DNA from: PVC group bacterium
GTDB taxonomy: Bacteria > Auribacterota > Erginobacteria > Erginobacterales > Erginobacteraceae
DNA: 20,478 nt
Reading direction: 5' to 3'
NCBI GenBank assembly: GCA_043804695.1
Contig: JAZDIV010000032.1
Location: forward strand, 1-20,478
The position numbers were made by a program, and so were the translations under genes. The notes under the pieces were generated by a model that worked only from the letters and a program-made list of their open reading frames with translations, had not been told where the DNA came from and ran no database searches. Positions 16,923 through 20,478 of this stretch are shown piece after piece (the stretch's first letter is position 1; each line of letters starts with the position of its first letter).

Positions 16923-18043
16923 AACTTAAATTGCGCCATCTCCCGCTTCAGTTCCCCGGCGAACCGGCCGATGGCGAATCTTTCCTCGACCGCCTGCCTT
17001 CCCCGGCAAGCCATCTCCCGGGCTTCGGCCGGCCGGGTGATCATCCGGCGCGCGGCGGCGGCGAGCGCTTCCGGATCCCGGGGGGGGATCAGAAGCCCGG
17101 TCGAGCCGTCGGTCAGAATCTCCTCCACGCCTCCCGACCGGCTGGCCACCACCGGGACCTCCCGGGCCAGGGCTTCGACAACCACCCTTCCGAAAGACTC
17201 CCCCCAGGACGGATGAATCAAAAGATCGAGCTCTCTCAGGCACCGGGGGAGGTCAATCCTCTCCCCCCTGAAAACGACCCGTTCGCCGATGCCCAGTTCC
17301 CGGCAGAGAGTTTCCATCCGATTCCTGAAATCACGGTACCGGCCGGGGGTCCGTCCGATAATCATCAATCTGGCCGAGGGGCAATCACGCAGGAGGAGCC
17401 CGAAACCCCGGATCAGGGACTCATGCCCCTTCTGGGGGCAGATATCGCCGACACTCCCCAGGAGCGGGCCGCCCCCCTCCCCCGGTCTTCCCCCGCCCCC
17501 GGCCCTTTCTTCATCCGGAGGAGGAAGGGGGACGCCCGGGTAGATGACCCGGGATTTTTCCTCGATCCCCTCCCCCAGGATCGGGGCCAACTCCAGAGCC
17601 GACCGGGAATTGAAAATCACCCGGTCGGCCAAACGGGCGGCTTCCTTCATCTCTTCCAACTCCCGCCGCCCGCAGTAGGAGGTCAGAAGCTCATGCAGCA
17701 TCCAGATCACCGGGACCTCCACGTCGGCGGCGGCCTGAACGGCCCGGAAGGACTCCAGACTGTTGGCCACCACCAGGTCCGCCTCTTTCTCCGCGAAGAT
17801 CGCCCGGAGCCGTTTCCGGATCCGGGGCCGGGTGACGAGAATCTCACGACCTGTGAAAGAACGGGCATAAAAAAATACCTCGGCGCCGGCCAGGGGGTGC
17901 CTTTGCAGAAGCATCCCGGCGGCGGGCAGACCCAGAGAAATGCTCCCCGGCTCTATATCTTTCAACAGCTCCTCAACCAGTTCGGCCAGGGTGATCGGCG
18001 CCCCGTTCAGCACCGAGGCGTGGGAGATGAAGACGATCTTCAT
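16919..18043 (-). CDS. glycosyltransferase family 4
   Basis: GT-B motifs VGDICPQKG, HPSWGESFGRVVVEALA, VVASRSGGVEE. Confidence 0.92.
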   Translation of the reverse strand: MKIVFISHASVLNGAPITLAELVEELLKDIEPGSISLGLPAAGMLLQRHPLAGAEVFFYARSFTGREILVTRPRIRKRLRAIFAEKEADLVVANSLESFRAVQAAADVEVPVIWMLHELLTSYCGRRELEEMKEAARLADRVIFNSRSALELAPILGEGIEEKSRVIYPGVPLPPPDEERAGGGGRPGEGGGPLLGSVGDICPQKGHESLIRGFGLLLRDCPSARLMIIGRTPGRYRDFRNRMETLCRELGIGERVVFRGERIDLPRCLRELDLLIHPSWGESFGRVVVEALAREVPVVASRSGGVEEILTDGSTGLLIPPRDPEALAAAARRMITRPAEAREMACRGRQAVEERFAIGRFAGELKREMAQFKL

Positions 18044-18060
18044 ATAAGTTAGTTTTTCTC

Positions 18061-18088
18061 TTATTTTTCCGGAGTAAAAATAAAATTA
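18061..18088. repeat. short module A (copy 4) starting at the GT2 stop
   Basis: Minus TAA-TTTTATTTTT-ACTCCGG-AAAAATAA. Confidence 0.6.
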
Positions 18089-19078
18089 GAGGAGCAGAAA
18101 ATCGAATAAATACCCCGTCAGGAAACGCCATTTGACCTGCAGACGGGTGCGCTTCCGCTCCCTCTCACCGGGGGCACGGTGGGCCGGGTACGCCCAGAGG
18201 AGCGAGACCGTGCCGCGGATGATCGACCAGTAGAGGCCGGCCAGAAAGAGGGGCTTGAAAATCAGCTTGAACCGTGCCGCGGCCGCGGCGCCGTCCTGCT
18301 TGCCGAAGTATCTGAACTGGCTCTGAAAAAACCAGTAGAGGGCGCGGGCCCCCGCCTGCCCGGTGCTCCCGCCTCCCGCGTGAACGACGACCGCCCGGGG
18401 GTTATACCACAACCGGCGGCCGGAGCGGTCGAGCCTCCGGCAAAGATCAACTTCTTCAAAATAAAGGAAAAACTCTTCATCCAGCAGACCGACCTCCTCC
18501 AGCGCCTCCCGCCGCAGGAAGAGCGCCGCGCCCATCGGCTGTTCCACCGTCGATGCCCGGTCGGAGGGAAAATTCGGTTCCAGATACTCACGCCGGGCGC
18601 GGCGGAAGAGACCGATATCTCCCAGGATCGTGAACTGCTGCAGGCTGCTGCGAAACGTCGGAAAACCTCGCACCGAGGGCTGATGCCTGCCGTCCGGGTA
18701 GATCAGCCGGGGACCGCCGCCGCCCGCGGCGGGGCGCTCGTCCAAAAAACGGACCATCTCTTCCAGAGCGCCTTTTCGAATCAGGGTATCGGGGTTGAGC
18801 AACAGCAGGTAGCGGCCGCGGCTGCGCCGGATTGCCTGGTTGCAGGCGGCGGCGAAGCCGAGATTGACCCGGTTCCGGACCAGGGCGGCCTCCGGGAATT
18901 CGGCTGCCACCCTGTCCCCGCTTCCGTCCCGGGAAGCGTTATCGACCACCACAATCTCATATTTCAGAGCCGGCCGCGACGACCGGATGGAAGCCAGGCA
19001 GTCCCCGAGCAGATCCTTCACGTTCCAGCTGACAATACAGATCGACAGATCGATATCTTGTGCGCTCTGCTTTTTCAT
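18086..19078 (-). CDS. glycosyltransferase family 2 (WbbL-like)
   Basis: SICIVSWN, VVVDNASRDGS, NLGFAAACN, LLLNPD, LDEEFFLYFEEVDLC. Confidence 0.93.
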   Translation of the reverse strand: MKKQSAQDIDLSICIVSWNVKDLLGDCLASIRSSRPALKYEIVVVDNASRDGSGDRVAAEFPEAALVRNRVNLGFAAACNQAIRRSRGRYLLLLNPDTLIRKGALEEMVRFLDERPAAGGGGPRLIYPDGRHQPSVRGFPTFRSSLQQFTILGDIGLFRRARREYLEPNFPSDRASTVEQPMGAALFLRREALEEVGLLDEEFFLYFEEVDLCRRLDRSGRRLWYNPRAVVVHAGGGSTGQAGARALYWFFQSQFRYFGKQDGAAAAARFKLIFKPLFLAGLYWSIIRGTVSLLWAYPAHRAPGERERKRTRLQVKWRFLTGYLFDFLLL

Positions 19079-19107
19079 CTATCTCCAATTCACCAACTAT
19101 GATCATC

Positions 19108-20259
19108 TTATAGCCCCGGGTTACCGGAGAGGGTAATAAAAATCTTCTCCTGAACCGGCAGCCCTCCCCGGGCCAGAACATTGCCCCGGTCATCTACCAC
19201 CCGGTACTCCGTCATCCCGTAAGGGAACTTGCGCACCTCCACCCCGAATTCCGTCAACGGGAAAGGAGACCGGTTCTCCATGACGATCAGGAAAACCGGG
19301 CCGTCGCGGCGGGTCTCCACCCGCAGTTTTTCGCGGGCCTGCCACCAGCGGCTGAGTTCAGTGAGCGTGCAGCACCAGGTGTTTTCTTTCAATATCCTGT
19401 CCATGAACGCATCCAGCATCTGCAGCCGCTCGGGCTGGGCGATACTCCCGATAAACGTATGATAGACGAACACGCCGTTTCTATCCGTGACCCGCTTGAA
19501 AAGAGACCAGGCCTTGGCATACTGCTTGGTAGGATCGATATAGTCGGTAAATTCCAGCAGGCCGAAGCCGGAGGGATGATAGGGATAGAGCAGTCCCTGG
19601 GAAAGGGACGGCCTCAGAAGCGTGTTGAACGTTCGGGGGGGGACTATCGAGCTTGAATCATAGAGAAAGTCAAGCGTCTCCAGGACCCGGAAGGTCTCCT
19701 CGTTGGTGCTGAACGAGGGCGCCCGGAAGCCGGCCGGCGGAAAACCCAGTTCGGTCAGGAGCTCCTTCCCTTTCACGATCCGCTCCATCTGCTCGTCGAA
19801 CGAAAGGGTGATCAACTCCTGGCCGGGCTCCGCCCCCCGTGCCATGTCCGGCCCATAGGTGTGGTAGGTCCCGGCCTGGGCGATCTCATGACCGTCGTTC
19901 ACCAGCTTTTGCAGCTCGGCCACCACCTGCGGGCTTTTATTCAACGGATGGGACTTGATGTAATCGGGGATGACGAAAAAGACGCCCTTGATGTCTTTCT
20001 TCTTCAGAAAGAGGCGAAGGATATCGATGTCCTCGGGGGTGCTTGACCCCTCGATGGAATCGTTGGTAAAGACCGTGGCCGACCCGTATCCCCGGGGGTA
20101 GATGTCAATCTCAACGTAGCGGTTCTTCATGAAGAGAAGCTGGGGACCGTACATGTAGTCCTTGGTGATAAAAAAGGTGTTGATCAGAACATAGATAAAA
20201 ATCGCCGCGATGATCACGGCCGCCGCCATCAGTATTTTTTTACCCGGAATGTATTCCAT
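19108..20259 (-). CDS. membrane-anchored polysaccharide deacetylase-like protein (NodB/DUF2334-like fold)
   Basis: N-terminal TM helix, GVFFVIP, GHEIAQ, GFRAPSF, FLYDSS; SD AAGGGGAG. Confidence 0.78.
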   Translation of the reverse strand: MEYIPGKKILMAAAVIIAAIFIYVLINTFFITKDYMYGPQLLFMKNRYVEIDIYPRGYGSATVFTNDSIEGSSTPEDIDILRLFLKKKDIKGVFFVIPDYIKSHPLNKSPQVVAELQKLVNDGHEIAQAGTYHTYGPDMARGAEPGQELITLSFDEQMERIVKGKELLTELGFPPAGFRAPSFSTNEETFRVLETLDFLYDSSSIVPPRTFNTLLRPSLSQGLLYPYHPSGFGLLEFTDYIDPTKQYAKAWSLFKRVTDRNGVFVYHTFIGSIAQPERLQMLDAFMDRILKENTWCCTLTELSRWWQAREKLRVETRRDGPVFLIVMENRSPFPLTEFGVEVRKFPYGMTEYRVVDDRGNVLARGGLPVQEKIFITLSGNPGL

Positions 20260-20274
20260 GCAGGCTCCCCTTTA

Positions 20275-20301
20275 TAAATTAGCGCCTCCGGCGCTAATTT
20301 A
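20275..20301 (-). repeat. module S, perfect 12-bp hairpin
   Basis: TAAATTAGCGCC-tcc-GGCGCTAATTTA, immediately upstream of the SD of the deacetylase-like gene. Confidence 0.85.
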
Positions 20302-20478
20302 GAAGAATTGGAGTGAATTGTACCTTTTAAACGTGTCGCAGACCGATGATTATCCAAGAATTAGTTTGAATGCAACTGCTCAATAAACAACGGTAAGCCT
20401 TTAGCGTAACAAAACTAAACAAAATATTTTTCCCTGGTTGCTTTTTCGCCTGTTTCGGAATTTCCATAATCGGATTTT

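Noticed and set aside
1248..19102. Long plus-strand ORFs (e.g. 1248-2465, 2788-3687, 9376-10422, 16931-18052, 18179-19102)
   Set aside because: Antisense shadows of well-supported minus-strand genes in GC-rich DNA; no recognisable motifs.
2461..20301. Junction repeats as XerCD dif/pdif sites or IS ends
   Set aside because: No 11-6-11 dif consensus with TTATGTTAAAT, no transposase, and no clear target-site duplications.
20302..20478. Promoter or gene end in the terminal AT-rich segment
   Set aside because: No convincing motif or ORF; context is truncated by the window edge.

Overview
GC-rich bacterial DNA; the gene order suggests a PVC-superphylum-like diderm, which is inference only. The left end holds a sedentary integron platform: a partial attC running off the window, a candidate attI, and an integron integrase (273-1178, +) with an extra N-terminal domain and an apparent in-frame deletion of its catalytic core. 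The rest is one minus-strand run of envelope and housekeeping genes. In transcription order: deacetylase-like, GT2, GT4, O-antigen ligase-like, hldD, rfaE1/hldA, gmhB, kdsB, kdsA, kdsD, kdsC, lptC, lptA, lptB, hpf, hprK, ptsH, ptsI, metK. The most unusual signal is intergenic. Most junctions with real spacing are AT-rich mosaics built from a small kit of recurring palindromic modules. One family ends at start codons (GTTGC...GNA loop...GCTAATTT-ATG), one begins at TAA stop codons, and a 51-bp TAAC...GTTA palindrome occurs twice with a compensatory base-pair change. There is also a ~140-bp composite repeat, gene-less short-tandem-repeat modules and nested REP-like elements. This may be a junction-targeting, hairpin-based insertion system of unknown mechanism. 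All calls are by eye; no searches were run.
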